Below, piece after piece: positions 1-9,286 of a stretch of 62,241 nt of DNA. A model generated the notes under the pieces. It was not told where the DNA came from. It did not search any database and saw only the letters and a program-made list of their open reading frames with translations. This DNA is from Candidatus Methylomirabilia bacterium (GTDB lineage: Bacteria > Methylomirabilota > Methylomirabilia > Rokubacteriales > CSP1-6): NCBI GenBank assembly GCA_041497895.1, contig JBGQHJ010000007.1, positions 1-62,241 of the forward strand, written 5' to 3'. Position 1 is the stretch's first letter. Each line of letters opens with the position of its first letter. The position numbers and the translations under genes were made by a program.

Positions 1-1267
1 ACTCCACTCCCGGTAGCGCCTGGCGGCTCGGATCCATCACGCCCACGCAGTCGATCACCACCGGCCGGCGCATCGTCTGGAACCCGGCCCCCGGGGGTGA
101 GGCGAACTCGTCCCAGTCGGTCAGGATCAGCAGGCAGTCGGCCCCGACCAGGGCCGCGTCGCGACTCTCGACGAGGGTGGCGGCCACGTTCACGTCCGGG
201 GCCTTGACGAGCGGATCGTAGGCGCGAACCTCGGCCCGGCCGCGCAGGTTCTCGATCACCCGGAGCGCCATCGAGTTCTTCGTGGAGCGGGTGTTCTTCT
301 TGTAGGCGAGCCCCCACACCGCGACCACCGCGCGCCCGTCACGGTCGAGGACGCGGCGGTCGAGCTGTCGCTGGACCCAGCGATAGCGCCGAGCGTTGTG
401 CGCGAGGAGGGTGTCCACGTACGCCACGTCGACGCCGTGCTGGTGTCCGAGACCCCGCAGGGTCACGAGATCGCGCTCCAGATTGCCTCCCGCCACCCCC
501 AGGCTCGGGCGGATGTACGCGGCCGGGCCGATGCGCCGGTCGAGCCGCAGCGCGGGAACCATCTCCGACCAGTTCGCCCCCACCGCCTCGCAGAGGTCGG
601 CGAGGGTATTCGCGTAGGTCACCGCTCCGAAGAGATAGAGATTGATCGCGGTCTTGGTGAGCTCGGCGCTTTCGTAGCCCATGGGCAGGATCGGACAGCC
701 GAAGCGCCGCAGACCCGCCTCCAGCGAGGGCGGCAGCGGCCGAGCCGGATCCTCGGCGCCCACGATGATCCGCTCGGGCTTGAGGAACCGCTCCACCGCG
801 TTGCCGAAGATGAGGGTCTCCACCCAGTAGTACACCGCGATCCCCGCCCCCGGTCGGCGCGCCTGGACGCGCGCGGCCAGCGCGCGGGTCGAGCCGGGAG
901 AAACCTGGCTCATCAGCACCAGGGTCGAGCCGGGTCGTAGATGCGGGATCGCCGCGTCGATCAACCGATCGACGACCGCGGGGTCGCTTCCGTTGTCGGT
1001 GTCGGTGGGGATGTCGCGCGAGACGACCACCAGGTCGCACGCGGTGAGCGCGGAGGGATCCGTGGAGAAGGTCATCCGGTCGCGGGTCGCGGCGAACAGC
1101 TCGGGCAACAAAGGCTCGTGGACGGGCAGCTCACCCCGGCGCAGCCGGTCCACCGGCTCGGCTTCAAGGTCCACCGCCACCACCGAGGATCCGAGCGACG
1201 CCCAGCCGATGCCGGAGATGATGCCGAGGTGCGACAGGCCGAGGAACCCGGTGGGAAGACCGCTCAC
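1..1267 (-). CDS. UDP-glucose/GDP-mannose dehydrogenase family protein (3' end runs off the window; atypical active site)
   Basis: Not in the ORF track; translated by hand from GTG at 1267, which overlaps the upstream TGA: MSGLPTGFLGLSHLG...ELPVHEP...ESAELTKTAIN...LRLDRRIG...GVAGGNLERD...WGLAYKKNT...RAYDP...LILTDWDEF. Confidence 0.85.
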   Translation of the reverse strand, partial: MSGLPTGFLGLSHLGIISGIGWASLGSSVVAVDLEAEPVDRLRRGELPVHEPLLPELFAATRDRMTFSTDPSALTACDLVVVSRDIPTDTDNGSDPAVVDRLIDAAIPHLRPGSTLVLMSQVSPGSTRALAARVQARRPGAGIAVYYWVETLIFGNAVERFLKPERIIVGAEDPARPLPPSLEAGLRRFGCPILPMGYESAELTKTAINLYLFGAVTYANTLADLCEAVGANWSEMVPALRLDRRIGPAAYIRPSLGVAGGNLERDLVTLRGLGHQHGVDVAYVDTLLAHNARRYRWVQRQLDRRVLDRDGRAVVAVWGLAYKKNTRSTKNSMALRVIENLRGRAEVRAYDPLVKAPDVNVAATLVESRDAALVGADCLLILTDWDEFASPPGAGFQTMRRPVVIDCVGVMDPSRQALPGVE

Positions 1268-2178
1268 GCGCCTCCCTCCAGGCGGGCGGTCGCCGCGGCC
1301 TGCACGGTGCGCGACAGCCAGAGATCGTTCTCGCACGACGTGGCCCCGGTCGCGGCCATCTCCTCGAAGTGCCGGATGTCCGCGGCCCAGGTGGGATCGG
1401 GCCCCTGGGCGATCTCCCGTCGCTCGTCCGGAATCCCGCTGGGCCGGCGCCGCCGAAGGATCGCGAGCTCGCTCTTGCCCCACTTGGTGAGGCCGTTCAT
1501 CTCGAGCGCGCCCTCCTCGCCCAGTGCCTCGATGCGCCAGCGATTCTTCCACGACAGGAAGCTGCACTCGATGGTGACCGCGCGGTCGGCGGTGGCCAGC
1601 AGGCAGTGGTCGAAACCTTTGAGCTCGTAGCCCCGGCGCTCCCACACCCGAAACTCGGAGCCGAACCGCCCGAAGACGAATCCGGTGAGATCGACGAGGT
1701 GCGAGGCCATGTCCTCGAGGATCCCGAAGGGGCTGTCCCGCCAGGTCCCCGCGATGTTCCCGGCGGTGCCGTTCCCGTAGAACATCCGGACCCGATAGAG
1801 ACGGCCGATGCTTCCCGCTTCCAGGTGGCGCTTGAGGGCCAGCACGTTGGGCTCGAAGCGGAAGTTGTAGGACGTGTACCAGATCGCCCCTCCCGAGCGG
1901 GCCGCGCGGCTCAGCTGCCCGGCGGTCTCCGGATCGAGGATCAGCGGCTTCTCGACCAGCACGTGCTTGCCCCGGGCGAGGAAAAATTCCATCAGCCGGA
2001 TCTTCACGTCGTTCGGCACCGCCAGGATCACGGCGTCGTAACGATCGGTCGCGCACTCCTCCGGTTGCTGGAAGTCGGCGCCGGCGTTGAAGGGGTCGAC
2101 GGTGGCAACGCACCGCTCACCGAGAACGGCACGGCGCTTGCCGCCGATGTTCCCGAGGCCTACCAGGAGATATCTCAT
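1264..2178 (-). CDS. Gfo/Idh/MocA family oxidoreductase
   Basis: C-terminal part of ORF 1264..3621; ATGA overlap at 2175-2178; GLGNIG Rossmann motif, GKHVLVEKP, YNFRF, DMASH. Confidence 0.88.
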   Translation of the reverse strand: MRYLLVGLGNIGGKRRAVLGERCVATVDPFNAGADFQQPEECATDRYDAVILAVPNDVKIRLMEFFLARGKHVLVEKPLILDPETAGQLSRAARSGGAIWYTSYNFRFEPNVLALKRHLEAGSIGRLYRVRMFYGNGTAGNIAGTWRDSPFGILEDMASHLVDLTGFVFGRFGSEFRVWERRGYELKGFDHCLLATADRAVTIECSFLSWKNRWRIEALGEEGALEMNGLTKWGKSELAILRRRRPSGIPDERREIAQGPDPTWAADIRHFEEMAATGATSCENDLWLSRTVQAAATARLEGGA

Positions 2179-3710
2179 TCGAAGTGGGCCCGCTTCTCCA
2201 GACGGTAGAGCTTCTCCTCCACCTCCTCGGGCGTGATCTGCCGGTTGCCCTGATGCTCGCAGGCGAGCGCCGCCGACACCGAGCCGAGCACGGACGCGAT
2301 CACGATGTCCCCGGTCGCGGCCAGCGCGAGGGCCGCGTAGCTCAGGAGGGCGTCGCCCGCACCCACCGGGTCCTTCAGCGAGTCGACCAGGCTGTCCACC
2401 GTGAAGAACTCCCGCGGCATGTGTCCCGGCGTGCGGTAGCCGAGGATGCCCCGCTCGCCGAGCTTGAGGATCAAGTGCTTGCAGCGGGCAAGGCGGAACA
2501 GCTGGAGCGCGAGGGGCCGGACCACCGAGTCCTGGTCGCCCAGGGCGAAGCGCGCCTCCCGCTCGTTCGGAGTCAGCAGATCGAAATCGGTGAACTCGAG
2601 GATGTTGCCCCACCGGTTCGACACCTGACTGTCCGCGACCTTGATCGCCCCGGCTGGCACCCGCTCCCGGAGCATCCGGATGCTCTTGGGACGGAAGATC
2701 CCGTGCCGAAAATCGCTGAAGATGACGACCTCCGGCCGGCTGTCGGCCATCGAGTCGCTGAGGAAGCGCAAGGCCTTGTCCGAGACGGCCCGATTGTCCA
2801 CCCGGTCCACCTGGAGCATCTTGTATCCGTCCGCGATGAACCGCTCCTTCTGGGTGGTCGGTCGGGTGCGATCGACGAACCCGTGGACGATGATGCCCGC
2901 CTCGTCGAGATCCTTCAGCACGAAGTCCTTCGCCGAGTCGTTGCCGAGCACGGTCGAGAAGGTGACCTCGGCCCCGGCCGCCTTCACGTGCTTGGCCACC
3001 ACCGCCGCGCCGCCCGCGAAGACATCGGTCCGCTCGTGCTTGACGCTGAAGGTCGGCGACTTGGCGGTCGCGCCCAGCAGAGAGCAGGTGCTGTAGCTGT
3101 CCACGATCGTGTCGCCCACCACGTGCACCCGCAGTCCACGCATCCGGCGCAGCGCGTCGCGCAGCTGGTCGAAGCCGAAACCCTCGGACTCCATGAGCGC
3201 GAGCAGCTTCTCCACCCCGAGGTTCGGCGGCGACGCCTCGATCAGGCGGGAGGACGAATACACCACGTCGCCGGGGGTGAACACGATCTCTCCCCCGTAG
3301 CTCTCGAGGGTGTCGATCTCCTCCTGGGTGCGCGGCGGGACCCCCTCCGAGAAGTACTCGTAGCCCTTGGCGAAGTAGTCCGGCTGCAGGTACTTGATGT
3401 GCTCGATCGGCGTCGGATGGGGATCGATGATCACGTAGTCGACCACCTCGAGCGCCGCGAGGTTGGAGGCCCGCAGCTCCTGGGGCACGTAGGGCCGGAA
3501 GGCGGCCTTGGTGGCGTGCTCGTCGGCGGTGAGGCTCGCGATCAAGACGTCCGCCTTCTCCTTCGCGTACATGAGGTGGCGGAGATGGCCGGGATGGACG
3601 ATGTCGAACATCCCGTGGCACATGATGACGGTCCGCTCACGGGGGCGCGGGCCGATGGCCACCGCGAGATCCTCGAGCGTCTTGACCTTCTGCCGGTAGT
3701 CGGGCTTCAT
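2175..3710 (-). CDS. Bifunctional HldE/RfaE-like protein: N-terminal cytidylyltransferase-like domain plus C-terminal PfkB sugar kinase
   Basis: ATG at 3710 (MKPDYRQK); HGMFDIVHPGH (HxGH motif), KGYEY, YSSS; kinase motifs VGDTIVD, GGAAVVA, TPNEREA, DPVGAGDA. Confidence 0.85.
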   Translation of the reverse strand: MKPDYRQKVKTLEDLAVAIGPRPRERTVIMCHGMFDIVHPGHLRHLMYAKEKADVLIASLTADEHATKAAFRPYVPQELRASNLAALEVVDYVIIDPHPTPIEHIKYLQPDYFAKGYEYFSEGVPPRTQEEIDTLESYGGEIVFTPGDVVYSSSRLIEASPPNLGVEKLLALMESEGFGFDQLRDALRRMRGLRVHVVGDTIVDSYSTCSLLGATAKSPTFSVKHERTDVFAGGAAVVAKHVKAAGAEVTFSTVLGNDSAKDFVLKDLDEAGIIVHGFVDRTRPTTQKERFIADGYKMLQVDRVDNRAVSDKALRFLSDSMADSRPEVVIFSDFRHGIFRPKSIRMLRERVPAGAIKVADSQVSNRWGNILEFTDFDLLTPNEREARFALGDQDSVVRPLALQLFRLARCKHLILKLGERGILGYRTPGHMPREFFTVDSLVDSLKDPVGAGDALLSYAALALAATGDIVIASVLGSVSAALACEHQGNRQITPEEVEEKLYRLEKRAHFE

Positions 3711-4696
3711 CGCGCCAAGTGCTCGAACCACGTACGGGTGGCCGCCTCGATCTTCTCGGGCGTCCATAGCGGCGCCGCCCGCCACTCCTCGATCTGTCCC
3801 AGCATCGCGTCGACCCCCTGGGGGAACGAGATCTCCGGCTTCCAGCCGAGCGCCCGCTGGATCTTGCCGATGTCGGCCCACGTGCAGTCCGGCTCTCCGG
3901 GACGCTTGGGCACGTGCACGACCTCACCGCCCATCAGCTCGACCAGGCGGTTCACGGTCTGCGGATTGCCCGAGCCGAGGTTGAAGACCTCGCCGACCTG
4001 ACCGGACTCGGCGGCCATCAGGTAGGCCCGGGCCACGTCGGTGACGTACACGAAGTCCCTTCGCTGCGTCCCATCGCCGACCACGGTGTACGGCTTGCGG
4101 TGGAGCTTCTGGGCCAGGAAAACTCCGAACACCGCGCCGTAGGCCCCGGTGGTGCGCACGCGCGGCCCGTACACGTTGAACATGCGAATCGAGATCACGG
4201 GCAGCCGGTAGACCTGCGCCCAGTGCAAGGCCGTGCTCTCGCCCAGGTACTTGCTGAGCGCGTACGGGTACTCCGGGCGGATCGGGGCCCGCTCGGTGGT
4301 CGGCAGCTCGTCGGCGAGCCCATAGCAGGAGGAAGAGGCCGCGTAGACGAACTTGCGCACGCCCGCGTGACGGGACGCCTCGAGGACCGCGAGGGTGCCG
4401 TCGACGTTGGCCCGCATGTACTCGAGCGGTCGTTCGATCGATGGGACGATGTCGCCGACGCCGCCGAAGTGGAACACGTAGTCGACGCCCTTGAACACCC
4501 GCGAGTCCGGCGCCAGCGTGCACATGTCGACCTGCTGGAAGTCGACCCGCGGCTCCCGCCGGTGCTGGGCCAGGTTCTCGGCCCGCCCGGTGGCCAGGTT
4601 GTCGATGACCACGACCGAGTACCCGCGGTCGATCAACAGGTCGACCATGTGACTCCCGATGAAGCCGGCCCCTCCGGTGACGACGGCGCGGGGCAT
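3707..4696 (-). CDS. NAD-dependent epimerase/dehydratase (extended SDR)
   Basis: TGGAGFIG, ASSSCYG, YALSK (YxxxK), FNVYGP, GDGTQRRDFVYV. Confidence 0.92.
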   Translation of the reverse strand: MPRAVVTGGAGFIGSHMVDLLIDRGYSVVVIDNLATGRAENLAQHRREPRVDFQQVDMCTLAPDSRVFKGVDYVFHFGGVGDIVPSIERPLEYMRANVDGTLAVLEASRHAGVRKFVYAASSSCYGLADELPTTERAPIRPEYPYALSKYLGESTALHWAQVYRLPVISIRMFNVYGPRVRTTGAYGAVFGVFLAQKLHRKPYTVVGDGTQRRDFVYVTDVARAYLMAAESGQVGEVFNLGSGNPQTVNRLVELMGGEVVHVPKRPGEPDCTWADIGKIQRALGWKPEISFPQGVDAMLGQIEEWRAAPLWTPEKIEAATRTWFEHLAR

Positions 4697-4699
4697 CGC

Positions 4700-5710
4700 T
4701 CAGGCCAGCCCCGAAGCCTGGATCGTCTTCACGTTGTAGTAGCGGATGTCGTTGAGCGGATCCGGGATGCGCCCGGCCCGGAACGCGGCACACAGATCGA
4801 TCACCGCGTCCTCGATGGTCCGCTGGGGCGACCAGCCGAGCTCACGCTTGATCTTCTCCGAGGAGACGTGGTACGAGCGCGTGTCGTTGCTCGGCACGGT
4901 CTCGAGCGCGATCGGGCCGAGCTCCGGCATCTCTCGGCTCACGATCGAGCGCACCATCTCGCCGAGCTGGGCCACCGTGTGGTTCTGGTAGGCGGCGTTG
5001 AACGTCTTCCCCGCGATCGTCTCGGCCGGCATGTCCAGCAGCTCGACGTAGAGATCGCTGATGTCCTCGATGTGGATGTTCGGGCGCTTCTGGGCGCCAC
5101 CGAACACGGTGATGCGCCGCTGGTTGACCGCGAGGCTGGTCAGGATGTTCACGGTCAGGTCCAGCCGCTGGCGGGGCGAGAAGCCGCACACGGTGGCGGG
5201 CCGGATGATCACGGTGGTGAAGTCGGGGGCCTGGTGACGGAGCAGGATCGGCTCGCACATGCCCTTGTACTTGTTGTAGTCGGTGAGTGGAACCAGGGGG
5301 TGGTCCTCGGTGACGTCCGGCGCGTCGCTCACCCCGTAGACGCTCGAGGTCGAGGCGTAGACGAACCGCCGCACCCCCGCCCGACGCGAGATGCTCACGA
5401 GGGGCTCGAAACAGTCGTAGTTGATCGACCGGCTCAGCCCCGGATTGAGCTCGAAGCTCGGGTCGTTGGAGATGCAGGCGAGGTGAATGACCGACTCCAT
5501 GCCCGCGGCCGCCGTGGCGACGGCCTTCTCGTCGCGGATGTCCGCCTTCACCAGCTCGAGGGCCGCGTGCTTCGGCAGCACGTCGGTGCCGAAGAGGAAC
5601 AGGTCGATGACCCGGACCCGGTAGCCTCGAGCCAGCAGCTTCGGGATCAGGACCGCCCCGACGTATCCCCCGCCGCCGGTCACGAGTACCGCCGGTCGCT
5701 TCGTCGCCAT
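4700..5710 (-). CDS. NAD-dependent epimerase/dehydratase (extended SDR)
   Basis: ATG at 5710; TGGGGYVG, HLACISNDP, STSSVYG, YNKYK, RPATVCGFSPRQRLDL. Confidence 0.9.
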   Translation of the reverse strand: MATKRPAVLVTGGGGYVGAVLIPKLLARGYRVRVIDLFLFGTDVLPKHAALELVKADIRDEKAVATAAAGMESVIHLACISNDPSFELNPGLSRSINYDCFEPLVSISRRAGVRRFVYASTSSVYGVSDAPDVTEDHPLVPLTDYNKYKGMCEPILLRHQAPDFTTVIIRPATVCGFSPRQRLDLTVNILTSLAVNQRRITVFGGAQKRPNIHIEDISDLYVELLDMPAETIAGKTFNAAYQNHTVAQLGEMVRSIVSREMPELGPIALETVPSNDTRSYHVSSEKIKRELGWSPQRTIEDAVIDLCAAFRAGRIPDPLNDIRYYNVKTIQASGLA

Positions 5711-5712
5711 CG

Positions 5713-6438
5713 CTAGGCCCTCCGCACCACGGTCCCGCCGCCCAGGTGGATGGCCCACCACGCCTGCGCGATCGTCCGCAGCGCCTTCAAGATGTTCTTG
5801 GCCGACACCGCCTTCGAGCGGCCGTGGGTGCGATCCACGTGGGTCAGTCCCACCTCGACGTACGAGTACCCGGCGTGGAGCGCATGAATGAGCATCTGGG
5901 TCAGGAAGTAGAAGCCGCCCGCGCTCTTGGGCAGCGCCCGGGCGAGGGACACCGGGTAGATGCAGGGGCCCTGGTAGTAGTGCATGCGCTGTCCGAACAT
6001 CACGTTGACCAGCGCGGTCGACGCCCAGGTCAGGAAGCGGCGGTGCAGCTGGCGGGCGCGCGGATTCTGATGATAGGGCGCTACGATGTCGGCCCGACCG
6101 ACGGAGCCCAGGATGTCGCGGACCGACTCCCGGGCGATCTCCCCGTCGGCGGCGAGAAAGCTGAAATAGTCCAGCCGGGCCTCGTCGAGCGCCCGCTCGT
6201 AGGCCGCCGCGATGCCCATGTTCCTCGGCTGGTGGATGGCCCGGATCCGCGGATTCTCCCTCGCGAGACGATCGGCGAGCGGCCCGGTCCCGTCGGTGCT
6301 GCCGTCGTCGATGATCAGGATCTCGTACTCGCTCAGCACCTGGGTGGCGGCCCAGACGATGTCGGCCACCGACCGCTCGAGGTTGTCCACCTCGTTGAAC
6401 GCGGGAAGGAACACGCTGACTCGGATCCCGATCGCCAT
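5713..6438 (-). CDS. Glycosyltransferase family 2 (DPM1-like)
   Basis: PAFNE, IIDDGSTDGT, NMGIAAA, AADGE, R..GRSK. Confidence 0.9.
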   Translation of the reverse strand: MAIGIRVSVFLPAFNEVDNLERSVADIVWAATQVLSEYEILIIDDGSTDGTGPLADRLARENPRIRAIHQPRNMGIAAAYERALDEARLDYFSFLAADGEIARESVRDILGSVGRADIVAPYHQNPRARQLHRRFLTWASTALVNVMFGQRMHYYQGPCIYPVSLARALPKSAGGFYFLTQMLIHALHAGYSYVEVGLTHVDRTHGRSKAVSAKNILKALRTIAQAWWAIHLGGGTVVRRA

Positions 6439-6439
6439 C

Positions 6440-7474
6440 TCAGTACGGTCCCGCGAAGGTCGCCTGCACGTCCGCGACCCTCGTTCCGAGCGCCGCGCCC
6501 GCCTTGAGGACGTCGAGGCAGGCCTGCGCGATCGTCATGGGGTTGGGATGGAAGGCGTCCTCGAGGGGCTTCGAGACCGGCGCCGGACAGTCGGGCGGGG
6601 TGACCCGGCGCACCGGGGCCTTGAGATACTGCCAGCCCTTCTCGGCCGCGATCGCCGCGACCTCGGCGGAGACCCCGCAGAGGGCCCAGCTCGTGTCGGC
6701 CACCACGAGGCGGCCCGTCTTCCGGAGCGATCGCAGGATGATCTCGTCGTCGAGCGGCCGCACGCTGCGAAGATCGATCACCTCGGCGCTGACGTTGCGC
6801 TCCGCGAGGATGTCGGCGGCGCGGGTCGCCTCGTAGGCCATCAGGGAGACCCCCACGATGGTGACGTCGGTCCCGGGCCGGACCACCCGTCCCTTCCCGA
6901 AGGGGATCGACTCGGGAGTCTCGGGCACGTCGCCCTCCAGCTCGTAGAGCGCGCGATTCTCGAGCAGCACCACCGGACCGGTGCCGCGCAGCGCGCTCAC
7001 GAGGAGTCCCTTCGCGTCGGCGGGTGAGGCGGGCAGACCCACGTAGAGCCCCGGGAAGTGGGCGAACAGTGCCTGCAGGCTCTGGGAATGCGTGGCCCCC
7101 TGCCCCCAGCCCCGGCCCACGATGCCGCGGAACACTACCGGGACGCCCCCGCGGTTGCCGAACATGTAACGCCACTTGGCGGCGAGGTTGAAGAGCTGGT
7201 CCATGCACAGGAACATGAAGTCGTTCCGGGGATGCACCACGAGCGGCCGCTTGCCCGCCGCGGCGGCCCCGATGGCGATCCCGGTCATGGCGTTTTCGCC
7301 GTTCGGGATGTCGAAGACACGCTCGGGGCCGAAGCGCCGGAAGGCGTCGGCGGTCGTGCCGAAGATCCCCTTGAAGTCGTCGACCCCGATCCCGGCGATG
7401 AAGATGCTGGGATCCGCCTCCATACACTGCACGGTGGCCTCGCTGATCGCCTGCCCGTAGGTGAGTCGCCTCAT
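6440..7474 (-). CDS. TPP-dependent 2-oxoacid/acetoin dehydrogenase E1 beta-like subunit
   Basis: ATG at 7474 (MRRLTYGQAI); FGPERVFDIPNGEN, GATHSQ, DAKGLL, EVIDLRSVRPLD. Confidence 0.88.
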   Translation of the reverse strand: MRRLTYGQAISEATVQCMEADPSIFIAGIGVDDFKGIFGTTADAFRRFGPERVFDIPNGENAMTGIAIGAAAAGKRPLVVHPRNDFMFLCMDQLFNLAAKWRYMFGNRGGVPVVFRGIVGRGWGQGATHSQSLQALFAHFPGLYVGLPASPADAKGLLVSALRGTGPVVLLENRALYELEGDVPETPESIPFGKGRVVRPGTDVTIVGVSLMAYEATRAADILAERNVSAEVIDLRSVRPLDDEIILRSLRKTGRLVVADTSWALCGVSAEVAAIAAEKGWQYLKAPVRRVTPPDCPAPVSKPLEDAFHPNPMTIAQACLDVLKAGAALGTRVADVQATFAGPY

Positions 7475-7482
7475 GGTCGTCC

Positions 7483-8445
7483 TCAGTACGTGCCGAGCGT
7501 GAGATCTTCCACCGCCGGGAAGGGTGCCGTCCTCGCCTCCGCGACCGCCGCGTCCACCTCGCTCTGGCTCTCGCACTCGAAGGCGGTGACCCGATCCAGG
7601 GTGCAGACACCATCAGCCGCGAGCCGCTCCGAGGCGCGTCGGATCGGGCAGCGTGCGATCCACGAATCCACCTCCGCCTTGGTGCGGTAGCCCTTGTCGT
7701 AGTCCCAGAGCGGTCCCACGTGCTCGCGCCAGCGATACGTCGTGCACTCCAGGAAGAAGGGGCCCGCGCCGCGGCGGCAGTGGGCCACTCCCTCTCGGGC
7801 CGCCTCGCGGACCGCGAAGACGTCGTTGCCGTCCACCAGCCGCGACGGCATGCCGTAGGAGGCGCCGCGGAGGTGGATCGGGACCGCCGCGGGCTGGCGC
7901 ACGTCGAGGCGCGTGTGGGTGGAGAATCCGTTGTTCTCGCACACGAAGAGCACCGGCGCCCGCCGCATCACCGCGAAGTTGAGCGTCTCGTGGAAGATGC
8001 CCTCCTCCACGGTGCCGTCGCCGAAGAAGCTCACCGCGACGTCGTCGCGGCGGTCCATGCTGAAGGCGAGCGCGGTGCCCACCGCCACCGCCATGGTCTG
8101 GCCGAGGATCGCCGACGAGGCGATCACGCCAGCGTCGGGATCGTTGAGATGGACCGAGCCGCCGCGTCCGCGCGCGCAGCCGGTCTCGCGCCCGTAGAGC
8201 TCGGCCACCATCCCGCGCAGATCGCCACCCTTGGCGAGGTAGTGCGCGTGGCAGCGGTGACCGCTGTAGACGATGTCGGTCCGCCGTAGCGCGGAGCACA
8301 CGCCGACCGCCACCGCCTCCTGCCCGATCGAGAAATGGGTCGGCGTCCGCATCTCCTGAGCCGGGTAGAGCTCGGCGAGTGTCTCCTCGATTCGCCGGAT
8401 ACGCACCATGTCGCGCAGCAGCTGCTCTCTCGAGTCTGTCGTCAT
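7483..8445 (-). CDS. TPP-dependent dehydrogenase E1 alpha-like subunit
   Basis: HFSIGQEA, HRCHAH, GRGGSVH, TPP motif GDG...ENN, TYRWREH. Confidence 0.9.
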   Translation of the reverse strand: MTTDSREQLLRDMVRIRRIEETLAELYPAQEMRTPTHFSIGQEAVAVGVCSALRRTDIVYSGHRCHAHYLAKGGDLRGMVAELYGRETGCARGRGGSVHLNDPDAGVIASSAILGQTMAVAVGTALAFSMDRRDDVAVSFFGDGTVEEGIFHETLNFAVMRRAPVLFVCENNGFSTHTRLDVRQPAAVPIHLRGASYGMPSRLVDGNDVFAVREAAREGVAHCRRGAGPFFLECTTYRWREHVGPLWDYDKGYRTKAEVDSWIARCPIRRASERLAADGVCTLDRVTAFECESQSEVDAAVAEARTAPFPAVEDLTLGTY

Positions 8446-8672
8446 CGTCCTCGCCTACTCCCGGCGTGAATGGGCACTGTCCGGCTAACGAGCAGCGTCT
8501 GACAGGCGACGCTCTTGGTCACCCCAGGGCCCGCCTTCTGGACCTGACGGGGCCCAGGACGTAGCCATTAAATGGCAGATAACATCAACTGAAACAGTAT
8601 CTTGTTGAGCACCCACCCCACCCGATAGGGCTATGGTTTCGCGAGACGAGCTGTCACTTGGCACGCATAACT

Positions 8673-8689
8673 TGCATCGGACATGCCAA
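8673..8689 (-). promoter_or_regulatory. Candidate sigma54 (-24/-12) promoter facing the glycan operon
   Basis: The minus strand reads TTGGCATGTCCGATGCA (GG-N10-GC spacing) within a lower-GC intergenic region. Confidence 0.4.
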
Positions 8690-8740
8690 AGCCACAGCAA
8701 GGAAGGCCCAGCGCAAACGCCCCACGACGTCCCGGGGCCT

Positions 8741-8749
8741 TGCTAGAAT
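8741..8749 (+). promoter_or_regulatory. Extended -10 element, probably giving a leaderless or near-leaderless purE transcript
   Basis: TGCTAGAAT ends 8 nt before the ATG at 8758; no Shine-Dalgarno between them. Confidence 0.5.
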
Positions 8750-8757
8750 TAGCCGCC

Positions 8758-9261
8758 ATGTCACCCGGATCTGCCGCACCCCTGGTGGGGATCGTCATGG
8801 GCTCCAAGTCGGACTGGGAGACCATGGCCCACGCGGCCAAGGCACTCGATCAGCTCGGGATCGCCTACGAGGTCAACGTGATGTCCGCGCACCGCACCCC
8901 CGCGCTCGTCGACGAGTACATCGGTGGAGCCGAAGGCCGGGGCCTCGAGGTCATCATCGCGGGCGCCGGAGGCGCGGCGCACCTGGCCGGGGTCAGCGCG
9001 GCGCGCACGCTGCTGCCGGTACTAGGCGTCCCGATCCAGTCCAAGGCGCTCAACGGGATGGACTCTCTGCTGTCCACCGTGCAAATGCCGGCCGGCATCC
9101 CGGTCGGCACGCTGGCGATCGGCCAATCGGGGGCTACGAACGCCGGCCTCCTCGCCGCGGCCATCCTGGCCAACAAGCACCCCCACATCCGCGCGGCGCT
9201 CCGCAAGTATCGCGACGCCCAGACCCAGGCCCTGCTCACCCAGACCGACCCGCGCACGTGA
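8758..9261 (+). CDS. purE: N5-CAIR mutase (phosphoribosylaminoimidazole carboxylase catalytic subunit)
   Basis: [47 protein letters not shown]. Confidence 0.96.
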   Translation: MSPGSAAPLVGIVMGSKSDWETMAHAAKALDQLGIAYEVNVMSAHRTPALVDEYIGGAEGRGLEVIIAGAGGAAHLAGVSAARTLLPVLGVPIQSKALNGMDSLLSTVQMPAGIPVGTLAIGQSGATNAGLLAAAILANKHPHIRAALRKYRDAQTQALLTQTDPRT

Positions 9262-9286
9262 GTTCGACCACGCACGGAGAGACGCC

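Noticed and set aside
6440..8445. Housekeeping pyruvate dehydrogenase pdhAB
   Set aside because: There is no E2, E3 or lipoyl gene nearby, and the pair is embedded in a nucleotide-sugar operon.
8658..8676. Plus-strand sigma54 promoter TTGGCACGCATAACTTGCA
   Set aside because: The GG-to-GC spacing is 12 nt rather than the required 10.
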